Positions 46,842-58,733 are shown, numbered from the stretch's first letter. The stretch: 64,000 nucleotides of DNA from Thermoanaerobaculia bacterium (GCA_022826745.1 JAJDUI010000026.1:22458-86457); one strand, 5' to 3'. Notes: generated by a model from the sequence alone, not told the origin. Numbers and translations: made by a program.

Positions 46842-47009
46842 CGTCGGCCGGAGGGGGGAGGGTCCCAGCGGGCTAGAGCCAAGCGACTGCCGTAGAGCTT
46901 TCCCCTGCCGACGCCCTACCGGAGCGCAGGCGACCGAAGCGAACGCCCAACCTCACATCCACCAAGCGGGCGTGAGCGTCCGCTGGGACCCTCCCCCCTC
47001 CGGCCGACG
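46842..47009. repeat. perfect 30-bp inverted repeats flanking a 108-bp core (MITE-like element or long structured RNA)
   Basis: Left arm 46842-46871 CGTCGGCCGGAGGGGGGAGGGTCCCAGCGG is the exact reverse complement of right arm 46980-47009. Sits 20 nt 3' of the dnaC-like gene stop. Confidence 0.6.
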
Positions 47010-47029
47010 TTGCGGGACGGTCGCGACTG

Positions 47030-47779
47030 CTACCGGTGCTGATGCGCCTGGAGTTCGTGCCGGTAGTCGCCGACGGCGTCGATGAGGATCGGCTTCGCCA
47101 TCTGGTGGAGGCGGCTGATCAGGCTGGCGGGGACGCGGCCGGCCAGGTTCCGGGCCGCGTCCGCGCTGTCGTCGTCGGCTTCGGACGTCAGGTAGTAGTT
47201 GCTGGTGAACAGGGTCGGCCGGCGGGCCATGTAGCGGCCGTTGATCAGCAGGTACAGCGTGTCGGAGACGAAGGGCGAGGGCCGTCGCGCGCCGAGCTCG
47301 TCGACGACCACCACCTCCGCCTCCTGGAGCGGACGCAGCAGATCGGCCTGGTTCCGCGGAGCGTCGGGCTGAAACGTCGCCTGGATGTCGGCGACCAGGC
47401 TGGTGAAGTCGACGAAGCGGCCGCCGACGCCGTACTGCTCGGCCAGCTCGATCAGCACGGCCACGGCAAGGTGCGTCTTGCCCCGGCCGCTCGGGCCGAT
47501 GAACACCAGTCCGGCTTCGTTCAGCGATCCGTCGAGCTCCATGAACTCCTCGATGTACTGGTCGCAGTCGCGGCGGGCGGTGAGGAGCTGGTCGCCCACG
47601 TCCCCGGCGAGCCGGAAGTTCGTCAGACGGCAACCCTGGTACTTGGGCGGAATGCCCAGGTCGTCGACGCGGCGGCCGCGGACGCGGCTCGCGTGGCAGG
47701 TGCAGCGGCGCGCGCGGTTGGTGGCGAGGTCGACGATCCAGCCGCGCCCCTGGCAGAACTCGCAGTCTTCCCCGTTCAA
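47030..47779 (-). CDS. DnaC/DnaI-like AAA+ helicase-loader family protein with N-terminal Zn-ribbon
   Basis: CEFCQGRGW...CTC zinc ribbon. Walker A GPSGRGKTHLAVA, Walker B VVVVDELG, and LFTSN sensor. Confidence 0.7.
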   Translation of the reverse strand: MNGEDCEFCQGRGWIVDLATNRARRCTCHASRVRGRRVDDLGIPPKYQGCRLTNFRLAGDVGDQLLTARRDCDQYIEEFMELDGSLNEAGLVFIGPSGRGKTHLAVAVLIELAEQYGVGGRFVDFTSLVADIQATFQPDAPRNQADLLRPLQEAEVVVVDELGARRPSPFVSDTLYLLINGRYMARRPTLFTSNYYLTSEADDDSADAARNLAGRVPASLISRLHQMAKPILIDAVGDYRHELQAHQHR

Positions 47780-48132
47780 TCCTCGTCCTCGACCTTGACC
47801 AGCGCACCGCTTCGCACCCAGACCAGGGCGTGCCGGCGCCGGACACCCCGGCGGCGGTCCGCCGCGTCGCGCTCAACGATCGAGAGTAGCCGGTCCCGCT
47901 CGGCTTCGAGCCGCGCCAGCCGTTCCTGCAGCGTGAGAATGACCTCGACTCCCGCCAGGTTGACCCCCATGTCCCGGGTCAGGGTCAGGATCGATTCGAG
48001 CCGGTTCAGGGAGTCTTCGTCGTAGAGGCGTGTGTTGCCATCGCTCCGTTGCGGCTCCAGAAGGCCCTCCCGCTCGTAAAGCCGGAGGGTCTGCGGATGG
48101 ATGTCGTAGCGCTCGGCGACCTTGCTGATCAT
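47776..48132 (-). CDS. hspR: MerR-family heat-shock regulator (HspR-like)
   Basis: MISKVAERYDIHPQTLRLYEREGLLEPQRSDGNTRLYDEDSLNRLESIL is a MerR HTH. Positioned immediately 3' of dnaK as HspR is in dnaK operons. Trimmed from the track ORF to the conserved start. ATGA overlap with the dnaC-like gene. Confidence 0.7.
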   Translation of the reverse strand: MISKVAERYDIHPQTLRLYEREGLLEPQRSDGNTRLYDEDSLNRLESILTLTRDMGVNLAGVEVILTLQERLARLEAERDRLLSIVERDAADRRRGVRRRHALVWVRSGALVKVEDED

Positions 48133-48207
48133 CACGTAGCGGCCGCCCCCCACCCGCCGGCGGCGGGACGGGGGACGGCGCTCACGCGACGACCGCGGCG
48201 GCGCCAC

Positions 48208-50157
<1,950 letters not shown>

Positions 50158-50228
50158 GACTCTCTCTCCTGAATCGTCCGGTCTGTGAACCCGAACGGGT
50201 CGGTTCTCATGTCTGGTGCTTCAGGCCA

Positions 50229-50248
50229 GTGCGGTAAGAAAACCGCAC
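50229..50248 (-). promoter_or_regulatory. hairpin in dnaK 5' leader
   Basis: GTGCGGT-aagaaa-ACCGCAC is a 7-bp perfect stem, about 75 nt upstream of the TTG start. Confidence 0.25.
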
Positions 50249-50270
50249 GAGCAGGCCCAACGCGACGGGG

Positions 50271-50339
50271 AGACTAAGACCTAAGCGATCTATTGTCAAG
50301 TCCCAGGAGGCGGCAATCTGATTGCGGAATGCTCAGATT
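50271..50339 (-). promoter_or_regulatory. candidate dnaK promoter (-35 TTGACA, 17 bp, TAGTCT) with upstream palindromes
   Basis: Minus-strand TTGACA (50294-50299) and TAGTCT (50271-50276). Upstream: AATCTGA-N11-TCAGATT (50315-50339) overlapping GCAATC-t-GATTGC (50313-50325). Neither CIRCE nor canonical HAIR was found. Confidence 0.25.
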
Positions 50340-50382
50340 CTCTGCAGGGCCGCCGCTGAAACGGATCCGGATCGTCAGCCCG

Positions 50383-50871
50383 TCAGTTGCCGCTCTTCTC
50401 GACGTACCGCATCCGGAGCTGCGCGAGGAGATCCTCGAGCACGGCCGTCTCCTGCTCGGAGACGTTGCCCCGCGTCTTCTCCTGCAGCACCGCCAGCAGG
50501 TCGATGTGGAGCCGGGCACGCGGCAGATCCTGGGCGCTCTGACCGTCCGGGAGCTGGGCGTCGCCCAGCAGGAAGGCGATCGGCTCGGCGAGCACGGCGA
50601 CCAGGTCCATGAACCCCGGCGACTGACCTCCGTGCGGCGGCATGTGCGGCGCCTCCGCGGCTCCGGAGCCCGGAGACGGCGCCGCGGATGCGGCCTGTGC
50701 AGGCCCTCCAGCCGGCGCCTCGCCCGCACTCGCCGCCCTTTCCGGTTCAGCGACAGGAGGCGGCTGTTCCGCGGCCGGCGCAGCCGTCCCGGCCTTCTGC
50801 TGCTCGAGGAAGCGGTACTCTTCGCGCAGTTCGCCGTCGTCCGTGAACATCCTTCTGTCGGTGACTTTCAC
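50383..50871 (-). CDS. conserved hypothetical protein (DUF1844-like C-terminus)
   Basis: C-terminal block MDLVAVLAEPIAFLLGDAQLPDGQSAQDLPRARLHIDLLAVLQEKTRGNVSEQETAVLEDLLAQLRMRYVEK resembles the DUF1844 family. GTG start with a GGAGG SD chosen. ATG at 50850 is an alternative. Confidence 0.5.
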   Translation of the reverse strand: MKVTDRRMFTDDGELREEYRFLEQQKAGTAAPAAEQPPPVAEPERAASAGEAPAGGPAQAASAAPSPGSGAAEAPHMPPHGGQSPGFMDLVAVLAEPIAFLLGDAQLPDGQSAQDLPRARLHIDLLAVLQEKTRGNVSEQETAVLEDLLAQLRMRYVEKSGN

Positions 50872-50893
50872 TTCCGACCTCCGCTCCCAACGA

Positions 50894-51739
50894 ATGCAGG
50901 ATCCTAACAAAGGAGACGGCGGCGGCACCGACTCCTGCTCGCTCGCTCCGATCGCCGAGCTGATCGACCGGCTGCGCGTCGACTGCCCCTGGGACCGCGA
51001 GCTGTCACTGGCGGATCTCCGCGCGTACCTGATCGAGGAGGCTCACGAACTGGCCGCGGCGATCGACGAACGCGATCCCGCCGCGATCAACGAGGAACTG
51101 GGCGACCTGCTGTTCGAGGCGGTGTACGTCGCCCGGCTGACCGCCGCCGAACTGGACGAGATGCCCCTCGGCGGAGCGATCCGCACCGTGATCGACAAGA
51201 TGGTCGCCCGGCATCCCCACGTCTTCGGAGACGAGAAGGACCAGGCAGGACCGGGTTCCGCGGCCGAAGTCGCGGCGATGTGGGAACGGCGCAAGCGGAA
51301 CTCCGACGGCGAGCGTTCCGTGCTGGACGGCGTGCCGGCCTCCCTGCCGGCCCTGGTCGGCGCCTACCGTCTCGGCCAGAAGGCGGCCGGTATCGGTTTC
51401 GACTGGGACTCGACCGAAGCCGTGCGCGCCAAGGTGGCGGAGGAACTCGCCGAGCTGGACCACGAGACGGCCGGCGGCGAGGCCTCCCAATCGGCCGAGG
51501 CGAAAGCGCGGGTCGAAGAAGAACTGGGCGACGTGCTGTTCGCGGTCGCCAACCTCGCCCGCCACCTGGAGGTGGACCCGGAGCGCGCGCTGGCGGCGGC
51601 GAACCGGAAGTTCCGCCGGCGTTTCGCGGCAATGGAGGCGGAGCTCGGGCCCGGCGGCGAGCACCGGATGGAGGAGCTGGAGAGGTTGTGGGAGCGGGCT
51701 AAGGGGAGGGAAGGTCGGGCTTCGCCCGGCGATTCCTAG
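50894..51739 (+). CDS. mazG: nucleoside triphosphate pyrophosphohydrolase MazG
   Basis: Tandem MazG EEAHELAAAI...EELGDLLFEAVYVARL and EELAE...EELGDVLFAVANLAR motifs. Start trimmed to MQDPNK. Confidence 0.8.
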   Translation: MQDPNKGDGGGTDSCSLAPIAELIDRLRVDCPWDRELSLADLRAYLIEEAHELAAAIDERDPAAINEELGDLLFEAVYVARLTAAELDEMPLGGAIRTVIDKMVARHPHVFGDEKDQAGPGSAAEVAAMWERRKRNSDGERSVLDGVPASLPALVGAYRLGQKAAGIGFDWDSTEAVRAKVAEELAELDHETAGGEASQSAEAKARVEEELGDVLFAVANLARHLEVDPERALAAANRKFRRRFAAMEAELGPGGEHRMEELERLWERAKGREGRASPGDS

Positions 51740-51778
51740 CCGCCTTCGGCGGCGGGCGGGTCAGAAGACCCGCGCACC
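51739..51778. repeat. REP-like intergenic element, copy 2
   Basis: GCCGCCTTCGGCGGCgGgCGGGTCAGAAGACCCGCGCACC begins at the last base of the mazG TAG stop. Two mismatches versus the copy at 46761. Confidence 0.6.
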
Positions 51779-51827
51779 GACCCGCGCACCGACCCGCGCA
51801 CCGACCCGCAGCACCGACCCGCGCACC
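51767..51827. repeat. tandem 12-nt repeat (GACCCGCGCACC) x5
   Basis: Five head-to-tail copies, the fourth degenerate (GACCCGCAGCAC). Extends from the REP-like element to 3 nt before the ctp stop, in a convergent intergenic region. Confidence 0.7.
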
Positions 51828-51829
51828 GG

Positions 51830-53050
51830 CTACAGCTGCCCCGGCTCCGACGGAGCTTCCAGGATGAAGAGATCCAGAGCGTCCTCAAGCACCGGGTCGG
51901 ATCCGTCCTCGGGTTCGCCGAAGGAGAAGTTGTTCAGGCGGTCTTCGTTGGCGACGCGGATTCGGCCGTTCAGCCGTTCTCCCTCCGGGTCCGTGTAGAA
52001 AGCCGCGGTCGTTTCGAGCAGGCCGCCGCCGTTCGGCAGTTCGATCTGTTGCAGCGTTCCGGCATGGCCGAAGGTCGACTCGCCGTAGTGGTCCGCGTCG
52101 ACCGACTTAAGCAGGACGGCGGTCAGGACCTCGGCCGGTCCCTGGGAACTGCGATCCGTCAGGACGCCGATGTCGCCCGAGTACAGGCCCCCCGCGCCCT
52201 CGAAGGTCTCGAGCCTCCGGTCCTCCCGGTCGACCAGGCTGCCCAGCTCGCCCACGGCGAACAGGCCCGCCACCGCGTAGGCGGCCTCCGCTGAACCTCC
52301 CGCGACGCCGCGGACATCGATCAGCAGGGAGTCGCCGGCGTAGCCGTCGAGCAACGCCTCCACCTGCGCGGCCGTGCCGGAGCCGAAGCTCGGGATCCTC
52401 AGCACGCCGGAACCGTCGACCTCTTCAAAGTCAGGTTGCAGCGGCTCGTACTCTTCCAGGGTCAGGCTCACGTCGACGCTGTTGCCGCGCCGCACCAGCT
52501 CCAGCTCCAGTTCGGAACCGACCGGGCCGGCGAGCTGACGCCGCAGCTCCCACAGAGGCATCGCGCGGGACGAACGGCCGTTGATACCGGCGACGATGTC
52601 GCCGCGCTCCAGACCGGCGGCCTCGGCCGGGCTGCCGCCGTCGACCGCGACCACATAGGCGGTGCCGCGCTCCTTGAGCACGAGGACGCCCGAATGCCGG
52701 CGGCCCACATCACGCGCCGCCCGGTACGACTCGACCTCGCCCGGCGGTACGTAGACCGAGAAGGGATCGAGGGCATCCGTCACGCCATCCATGGCGCCCG
52801 CCGTCAGGCTGCGTCCGTCGGTCGCCTCGACGTACGAGCCGCGGATCAGCCGAAGTACCTCCTCCCACAGCGTGAGGTACTTGTAGATCGAGTCCCGTCC
52901 GCCGTCTTCTGCGTCGTCGCTGGCGCCCAGCCAGGCGCCGCCGGCGAGACCAAGGACCAGGAGCAGGGACAGGCAGACGACAGCCAGCCGGCCGCCGCCG
53001 ACCCCGTGGCGGCGATGCTCCCGCGACCGCCCCCTGCCTTCCGCGTCCAC
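51830..53050 (-). CDS. S41-family C-terminal processing peptidase with PDZ domain
   Basis: PDZ (GLERGDIVAGINGRS) and the S41 catalytic region (LIDVRGVAGGS...). GTG start 7 nt after the STAS gene stop gives an N-terminal membrane anchor. The track ORF upstream extension is R/S/P-rich junk. Confidence 0.78.
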   Translation of the reverse strand: MDAEGRGRSREHRRHGVGGGRLAVVCLSLLLVLGLAGGAWLGASDDAEDGGRDSIYKYLTLWEEVLRLIRGSYVEATDGRSLTAGAMDGVTDALDPFSVYVPPGEVESYRAARDVGRRHSGVLVLKERGTAYVVAVDGGSPAEAAGLERGDIVAGINGRSSRAMPLWELRRQLAGPVGSELELELVRRGNSVDVSLTLEEYEPLQPDFEEVDGSGVLRIPSFGSGTAAQVEALLDGYAGDSLLIDVRGVAGGSAEAAYAVAGLFAVGELGSLVDREDRRLETFEGAGGLYSGDIGVLTDRSSQGPAEVLTAVLLKSVDADHYGESTFGHAGTLQQIELPNGGGLLETTAAFYTDPEGERLNGRIRVANEDRLNNFSFGEPEDGSDPVLEDALDLFILEAPSEPGQL

Positions 53051-53057
53051 CGCTCTG

Positions 53058-53396
53058 TCAGGCGACCGAGGCGACTGCCTCGTCCTCGTCCTCCAGGATG
53101 TCCAGCACGGTAACCAACTGGGTGATCTGGAGCACACCGAGGACCCTGCTCGGCATGGAGAACAGGCGCAGCTTGCCGCCGCGGTTGGTGACCGTCGTGT
53201 AGGCGGCGACCAGTTCACCGACGCCGGAGGAGTCGATGGAGCGCACGCGCCCCATGTTCAGCAGGATGTTCGTAGCGCCTTCGCCGACCGCCGCGAGGAC
53301 GGCCTCTCTCAAGGCAACGTCGCCCTCGCCGATCGTGATCCTGCCCTGGAGATCGAGAATCGTCGCTCCATCCCGCTGGCGCTTGTCAATCTTCAT
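53058..53396 (-). CDS. STAS-domain anti-sigma factor antagonist (SpoIIAA/RsbV-like)
   Basis: 112 aa. LDLQGRITIGEGDVALREAV..., MGRVRSIDSSGVGELV with the conserved phosphorylatable Ser region. Confidence 0.8.
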   Translation of the reverse strand: MKIDKRQRDGATILDLQGRITIGEGDVALREAVLAAVGEGATNILLNMGRVRSIDSSGVGELVAAYTTVTNRGGKLRLFSMPSRVLGVLQITQLVTVLDILEDEDEAVASVA

Positions 53397-53859
53397 TCGC
53401 TCCTCCCTGGTTTGCTTCGGCGCTGCCGCCCGAGGCGTCGAACTCCTTGTGGAGCCGGACCTTCGTGCCGCCCTCGGCGCCGAAATCGTAGTCGATCTTA
53501 TCCATGAACCTGCGCATGTAGAAGATGCCCCTGCCTTCCGTCTTGAGCAGGTTGTCGGGCGCGAGCGGGTCCGCCACGGCGCCCGGATCGAAGCCGCTGC
53601 CCTGGTCCTCGACCGTGATGTCGAGTCCGCTCTCGCCTACCGCGAGACACACTTCCACCTTCTTCTCGGGATCCAGCGCGTTGCCGTGCTTGATCGCGTT
53701 GGTCAGTGCTTCCCGCAACGCGATGCCCATCCAGTAGCCGGTCTCTTCGTCGATCGGCAGGGACTCGAGCGTTTCGTCGAGCACCGCCTGAACCAGCTCG
53801 ATGTTCTCGTAGCGGCTGTCGATGGAGAGCCGAATCGTCTGCTGGACAGGTTCCGGCAC
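53386..53859 (-). CDS. anti-sigma regulatory factor Ser/Thr kinase (RsbW/SpoIIAB-like, HATPase_c)
   Basis: ALREALTNAIKHGN (N box) and DQGSGFD (G1 box). 157 aa. 11-nt overlap with the STAS gene. Confidence 0.8.
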   Translation of the reverse strand: MPEPVQQTIRLSIDSRYENIELVQAVLDETLESLPIDEETGYWMGIALREALTNAIKHGNALDPEKKVEVCLAVGESGLDITVEDQGSGFDPGAVADPLAPDNLLKTEGRGIFYMRRFMDKIDYDFGAEGGTKVRLHKEFDASGGSAEANQGGANED

Positions 53860-53872
53860 GGCGGCCTCCGCC

Positions 53873-54361
53873 TCAGGACCGGGCGCGGGTCGCGCCGCGC
53901 TGGTGCTGGTACCGGCTGCCGGCGCCCGGTTCGCCGTACGCGGTCTCCGGCTCGGACTCCATCGCGATGAAGATGAGCTGGGCGATCCGGCGGCCCGCGT
54001 CGAGCACGAAGGGCACCGGGCCCAGGTTCTGCAACTCCAGGGTGATGTTCCCCTCGAATCCCGGGTCGCACCAGCCGGCCAGCGAGTGGTTGATCCACAA
54101 CCGGCCCAGCGTCGATTTGAGCTTCAGGTCGCAGGCCACCGAACGCGGAATCCGCACGAACTCCAGGGTGGTGGCGAGCACGACCTCGTTCGGGAACAGC
54201 TTGATCCTGTCCCCGTGGAACTCCTCCGGGTCGCGGGTGGGGCAGATCCAGTGGTCGCCGACACGGACGTCGTAACTGGCCGCGTTCACCTGGTCCGGTT
54301 CGAAGGGGTCGACGCCGCCCGCTTCGCCCCAGGCGCTGATCCAGTGGTCCGGCTTGATCAC
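53873..54361 (-). CDS. dcd: dCTP deaminase family (dUTPase fold)
   Basis: ASYDVRVG... and GWCDPGFEGNITLELQN are typical of Dcd/dUTPase-like trimers. Confidence 0.75.
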   Translation of the reverse strand: MIKPDHWISAWGEAGGVDPFEPDQVNAASYDVRVGDHWICPTRDPEEFHGDRIKLFPNEVVLATTLEFVRIPRSVACDLKLKSTLGRLWINHSLAGWCDPGFEGNITLELQNLGPVPFVLDAGRRIAQLIFIAMESEPETAYGEPGAGSRYQHQRGATRARS

Positions 54362-54397
54362 GGCCGTTCCGCCGCTGTGTCGTCCACGTTCCCCACC

Positions 54398-55372
54398 TCA
54401 GTAGAAGTAGACGGGACCACCGTCCTCGCCACGGTGAATCGTCTCGACGAAGCGGATGACGCCCTCCTTGAGCGACATGGTCAACGTCGACGTCCGGAAG
54501 CCGTCACCAAAGAAGCGGACGCCCCGAAGCAGGTCGCCGCCCGTGACGCCGGTGCAGCAGAAGAGGATGTCGTCCCCCGGTGCAAGCTCCTCCGTCGTGT
54601 AGACGCGGTCGGGATCCTCGATGTCGAACTGGGCGAGGCGCCGCTTCTGCTCGTCCGAAAGCGCCGACAGCCGTCCCTGGATCTCCCCGCCGAGGCAACG
54701 CATCGCCGCCGCGGTGATCACGCCTTCCGGCGCGCCGCCGGCGCCGATCACCGCGTGGACGCCGGTGCCGCGAACCGCCGCCGCGATCGCCGTCGACAAA
54801 TCTCCGTCCCCGATCAGCTTGATGCGCGCTCCGGCGGTACGGATGTCGTCGATCAGGCCCCGGTGCCGGTCCCGGTCGAGAACGACCACGGTCAGAGCGC
54901 TGACGGCGCAGTCGAAGGCGGTCGCGATCGCCTTCAGGTTGTCCTCCACTGGAGCGTCCAGGTCGACCTTCCCGCGAGCGGTCGGGCCGACGACGATCTT
55001 GTCCATGTAGATGTCGGGGGCATGGAGCAGGCCGCCACGTTCGGAGGCGGCGAGCACCGCCATCGCGTCCGAAGCCCCGGTGGCGCAGAGATTCGTCCCC
55101 TCCAGAGGGTCGACCGCGAAGTCGACCTGCAGGTCGCCCGCGGCCCTGCGGCCGACCTCCTCGCCGACATAGAGCATCGGCGCCTTGTCCCGCTCCCCCT
55201 CGCCGATCACCACCCGGCCGTCGATCGCCATGTCCGCCAGGACCCCGCGCATCGCCTCGACGGCGACGTGGTCCGAGTGGTGGCGGTCCCCGTAGCCCAT
55301 CGTCTGGGCCGCCGCGACCGCGGCGGCCTCGGTGACGGCGACGAAGTCATGATCGCGGAGCTCCCCGGTCAC
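54398..55372 (-). CDS. glpX: fructose-1,6-bisphosphatase class II
   Basis: [30 protein letters not shown]..., DPLEGTN, and IGDGDL motifs. GTG start overlaps the acyl-CoA dehydrogenase TGA (GTGA). The 574-aa track ORF is an artefactual extension. Confidence 0.85.
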   Translation of the reverse strand: MTGELRDHDFVAVTEAAAVAAAQTMGYGDRHHSDHVAVEAMRGVLADMAIDGRVVIGEGERDKAPMLYVGEEVGRRAAGDLQVDFAVDPLEGTNLCATGASDAMAVLAASERGGLLHAPDIYMDKIVVGPTARGKVDLDAPVEDNLKAIATAFDCAVSALTVVVLDRDRHRGLIDDIRTAGARIKLIGDGDLSTAIAAAVRGTGVHAVIGAGGAPEGVITAAAMRCLGGEIQGRLSALSDEQKRRLAQFDIEDPDRVYTTEELAPGDDILFCCTGVTGGDLLRGVRFFGDGFRTSTLTMSLKEGVIRFVETIHRGEDGGPVYFY

Positions 55373-56589
55373 GAGCCGGCCCCCGCGGCGGCAGCGGCAG
55401 GCGCCGGCCGGTCGACGGCCTCGCGCGCCTGCTCGCGGCTCATCGGCGGGTTGAAGGAGGGAATGCCGGTGATCGCCTGGCCGATCACGAGACCGTGGAT
55501 GTCGTGGGTACCCTCGTAGGTGTAGACGGACTCGATGTTCAGCATGTGGCGGACCACCGGATACTCGTCCGAGATGCCGTTGGCGCCCAGGATCTCGCGC
55601 GCCAGCTTCGCGCACTCGCGAGCCACCCAGATGTTGTTCCGCTTGCACATCGACACGTGCTGGGGCTCCATCGTGCCGGCCGTCTTCAGCCCCGCCAACT
55701 GGTAGACGAGGAACTGTCCCTTGGTGATCTCGGTGATCATCCAGGCCAGCTTCTCCTGGACGAGCTGGTGGCTGGCGATCGGCTGACCGGCGAACTGCAC
55801 CCGTTGCCGGGCGTACTCGAGCGCCGTGTAGTAGCACTCCATCGCCGACCCGAGGCCGCCCCAGCAGATGCCGTAGCGCGCCTGGTTCAGCGTCTGCAGC
55901 GCCGAGCCGATGCCCCGGGTGCCCGGCAGGATGTTGTCGGCCGGAATGCGGCAGTTCTGGAAAGAGAGTTCGCCGGTCGCCGAGGCCCGCAACGAGAACT
56001 TGCCGTGCATCTCGGCGCTGGTGAAGCCCTCCGTCCCCTTCTCGACGAGGAAGCCCCGGATCCCCTCGCCGGTGCGCGCCCAGACGACGGCCACGTCGGC
56101 GACGTTGCCGTTCGTGATCCACTGCTTGGCCCCGTTCAGCACCCAGCAGTCCCCGTCCCGCCGCGCCCGCGTGCGCATCGCCGAGGGGTTCGAACCGAAG
56201 TCCGGCTCGGTGAGCCCGAAGCAGCCGATCATCCGGCCGCTCGCCAATCCCGGAATGAACCGGTCCTTCTGCTCCCGGGAGCCGAAGGTGAGAATCGGAT
56301 ACATCACCAGGGAACTCTGGACCGAGACCATGCTCCGGACGCCCGAGTCCCCGCGCTCCAGCTCCTGCATGACGAGGCCGTACGCGACATCGCCCAGGCC
56401 AGGCAGCCCGTACTCCGAGAAGTTCGCCCCGAACAGGTTCAGATCGCCGAGTTCGGGAGCGAGTTCCATCGGCGCCTTCGCCTCGCGATGGCAGTGCTCG
56501 ATGATGGGCTTCACGCGCTCGTCGACGAACTGGCGGACGGTGTCCCGCATGAGCCGTTCCTCGCCGCTGAGCAGCGAATCGAAGTTCAT
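55369..56589 (-). CDS. acyl-CoA dehydrogenase (glutaryl-CoA dehydrogenase-like)
   Basis: [21 protein letters not shown]..., [22 protein letters not shown], and a C-terminal [21 protein letters not shown] at 56589 chosen over the upstream TTG. Confidence 0.85.
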   Translation of the reverse strand: MNFDSLLSGEERLMRDTVRQFVDERVKPIIEHCHREAKAPMELAPELGDLNLFGANFSEYGLPGLGDVAYGLVMQELERGDSGVRSMVSVQSSLVMYPILTFGSREQKDRFIPGLASGRMIGCFGLTEPDFGSNPSAMRTRARRDGDCWVLNGAKQWITNGNVADVAVVWARTGEGIRGFLVEKGTEGFTSAEMHGKFSLRASATGELSFQNCRIPADNILPGTRGIGSALQTLNQARYGICWGGLGSAMECYYTALEYARQRVQFAGQPIASHQLVQEKLAWMITEITKGQFLVYQLAGLKTAGTMEPQHVSMCKRNNIWVARECAKLAREILGANGISDEYPVVRHMLNIESVYTYEGTHDIHGLVIGQAITGIPSFNPPMSREQAREAVDRPAPAAAAAGAGS

Positions 56590-56663
56590 GAAATCAACGC
56601 CTGGAAATCGGTCCAAAGCCCTCTCCCGGGTGGTTCACGGCAGCGCCGAACCCTACCAGTAGG

Positions 56664-57506
56664 ATGCCGGCCGTGACCCTGATTCGCCTGGCGCTCCCGC
56701 TGGTGGCCGGCGCCGCGTGCGCCTGGTGGATCGACCGATCCACGGCGGCGCGCGGTCTCTTGCCGCCCGGCTTCGCCGACGCCACGTGGGGCGACCTGCG
56801 CCGTCTCGCCGCGATCGTCCTGCTCGCCCTGGTGCTCTGGGTCGGCGTGTTCGCCGCCGCCGGGCAAATCGGCCTGCCGTCACCCGAGATCGACTTCGAG
56901 AACCTCTCGCCTGTCCTCCTGTTCCAGACGCACGCGATCCTGATGGCGACGCTGGCGAGCTGGCTCGTACTCGGCTACTGGAACTGCGGCTACCGCCCCA
57001 GCGAGGTGATTCAGAGCCAGCTCGGCCTGCGGACGCCGACCGGTACCAGCGTGCCGAAGGAGACCGGGCTCGGCATCCTTGCCGGCCTGATCCTCTGGGT
57101 GGGCGTGCTGGCCGCCGTGTTCATCGCGGCGCTCGCCGTCGGGCTGATCGGCGGCTTCGAGAACCTGCCCACCGAAGCGCCGGAAATGGTGCTTTGGATG
57201 GGCAGCCTGCCCCTCCTCCTCCGACTCATGGTCAGCCTCTCCGCCGGTGTCGTCGAGGAGCTCTTCTTCCGCGGTTTCCTGATGCCGAGGGTCGGTTTCT
57301 GGGCGTCGAACGTGCTGTTCGTCCTCGCTCACGCGAGCTACCAGCAGTCCTTCCAGCTCTTCGGTGTCGCGCTTCTCTCGGTCGCCTTCAGCATGCTCGT
57401 GCGCTGGCGAGGCAACATCTGGCCCGCCATCGCCGCCCACTTCCTCTTCGACGCGATCCAGTTGCTGATCATCGTGCCAACAGCCGCCAGCGCGGCGGGC
57501 ACTTGA
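56664..57506 (+). CDS. CPBP-family intramembrane metalloprotease (CAAX protease/Abi)
   Basis: Multi-TM protein with EELFFRG (motif 1), FVLAHASYQ (motif 2) and HFLFD (motif 3). Confidence 0.75.
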   Translation: MPAVTLIRLALPLVAGAACAWWIDRSTAARGLLPPGFADATWGDLRRLAAIVLLALVLWVGVFAAAGQIGLPSPEIDFENLSPVLLFQTHAILMATLASWLVLGYWNCGYRPSEVIQSQLGLRTPTGTSVPKETGLGILAGLILWVGVLAAVFIAALAVGLIGGFENLPTEAPEMVLWMGSLPLLLRLMVSLSAGVVEELFFRGFLMPRVGFWASNVLFVLAHASYQQSFQLFGVALLSVAFSMLVRWRGNIWPAIAAHFLFDAIQLLIIVPTAASAAGT

Positions 57507-57533
57507 GCGCCGCCCGCTGCCGAACGCCCGGTC

Positions 57534-58733
57534 TCAGACCAGCAGGCCCGCGATCGTCGCCGTCTGCAGGCAGGCGAGGGTGCCCGCGATCATCGCGCGG
57601 AGCCCGAGGCTGGCCAGCTCGCTCTTGCGCTCCGGGGCGATGCTGCCGATGCCGCCGATCTGGATCGCGATCGACGAGAAGTTCGAGAAGCCGCACAGGG
57701 CGTAGGTGGCGATGACCCGGGACTTCTCCGACAACTGGTTCTCCGCCGAGATGTCCTCGAAGCGGGAGTAGGCGACGAACTCGTTGGCCGCGGTCTTCAG
57801 GCCGAGAAGCGTCCCCACCGCGTCCGCCTCCGCCCACGGCACCCCCATGACCCAGGCCAGAGGCCGGAACAGGAAGCCGAGGATCATCTCCAGGTTCAGA
57901 CCGGGAAGGCCGATCCAGCCCCCCACCGGCCCGAGGAGGCCGTTGACCAGCGCCACGAGGGCGATGAAGGCGAGCAGCATGGCGCCGACGTTCAACGCCA
58001 GCTTCAGGCCGTCGCCGGCGCCCTGGGCGGCGGCATCGATCATGTTGGCCCAGGGCGTCCTGACCTTGAAGTCGGTATCCGCCGAGACCCGATCCGTCTC
58101 GGTTTCCGGGACCATCAGCTTGGCCATGACCAGAGCCGCCGGCGCCGACATGACGCTGGCGGCGATCAGGTGGCCGGCCTCGATGCCCATCCCCACGTAG
58201 GCAGCCATCACGCCGCCCGCGACCGTGGCGAAGCCGCCGGTCATCACCGCCATCAGCTCCGAGCGGGTCATCTTGCCGACGTACGAGCGGATGAGAAGCG
58301 GCGCTTCCGTCTGGCCGACGAAGATGTTGGCCGAAGCGGACAGCGACTCGGGGCCGGACGTGCCCATCACCTTCGTCATCACCACGGCGAAGACCTTGAC
58401 GACGCGCTGGATGACGCCGAGGTGGTAGAGCACCGCGACCACGCTCGAGAAGAAGATGATCGTCGGCAGCACCCGGAAGGCGAAGGGAACGAGCTCGAAC
58501 CCCTGGCCGAAGACGAACCTCGACCCTTCGTCCGCGAACTGGAGGAACGTGGTCACCACATCCGTGGCGACGGCGAAGAACGCCTCCCCCGGGGCCGTCT
58601 TCAGGATGAGCAGCGCGAGGACGAACTGGATCGCGATACCCGTGACCACGGTCCGCCAGCGGACACTGAAGCGATTCGTGGAGAGCAGCCAGGCGATGCC
58701 CGGGATGACGAGGAGTCCGATGAGACCCGTCAT
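57534..58733 (-). CDS. nupC: NupC/CNT-family concentrative nucleoside transporter
   Basis: 399 aa polytopic protein. [16 protein letters not shown] and [14 protein letters not shown] match CNT family signatures. Confidence 0.85.
   Translation of the reverse strand: MTGLIGLLVIPGIAWLLSTNRFSVRWRTVVTGIAIQFVLALLILKTAPGEAFFAVATDVVTTFLQFADEGSRFVFGQGFELVPFAFRVLPTIIFFSSVVAVLYHLGVIQRVVKVFAVVMTKVMGTSGPESLSASANIFVGQTEAPLLIRSYVGKMTRSELMAVMTGGFATVAGGVMAAYVGMGIEAGHLIAASVMSAPAALVMAKLMVPETETDRVSADTDFKVRTPWANMIDAAAQGAGDGLKLALNVGAMLLAFIALVALVNGLLGPVGGWIGLPGLNLEMILGFLFRPLAWVMGVPWAEADAVGTLLGLKTAANEFVAYSRFEDISAENQLSEKSRVIATYALCGFSNFSSIAIQIGGIGSIAPERKSELASLGLRAMIAGTLACLQTATIAGLLV

Noticed and set aside
50293-50907. 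204-aa plus-strand ORF overlapping the DUF1844-like gene and the dnaK upstream region
   Set aside because: Poor composition. The opposite-strand reading has a conserved DUF1844-like C-terminus and a proper SD.
51767-51827. Tandem 12-mer array considered as a CRISPR array
   Set aside because: Units are contiguous with no spacers, only 12 nt long, and no cas genes nearby. It is a simple tandem repeat.
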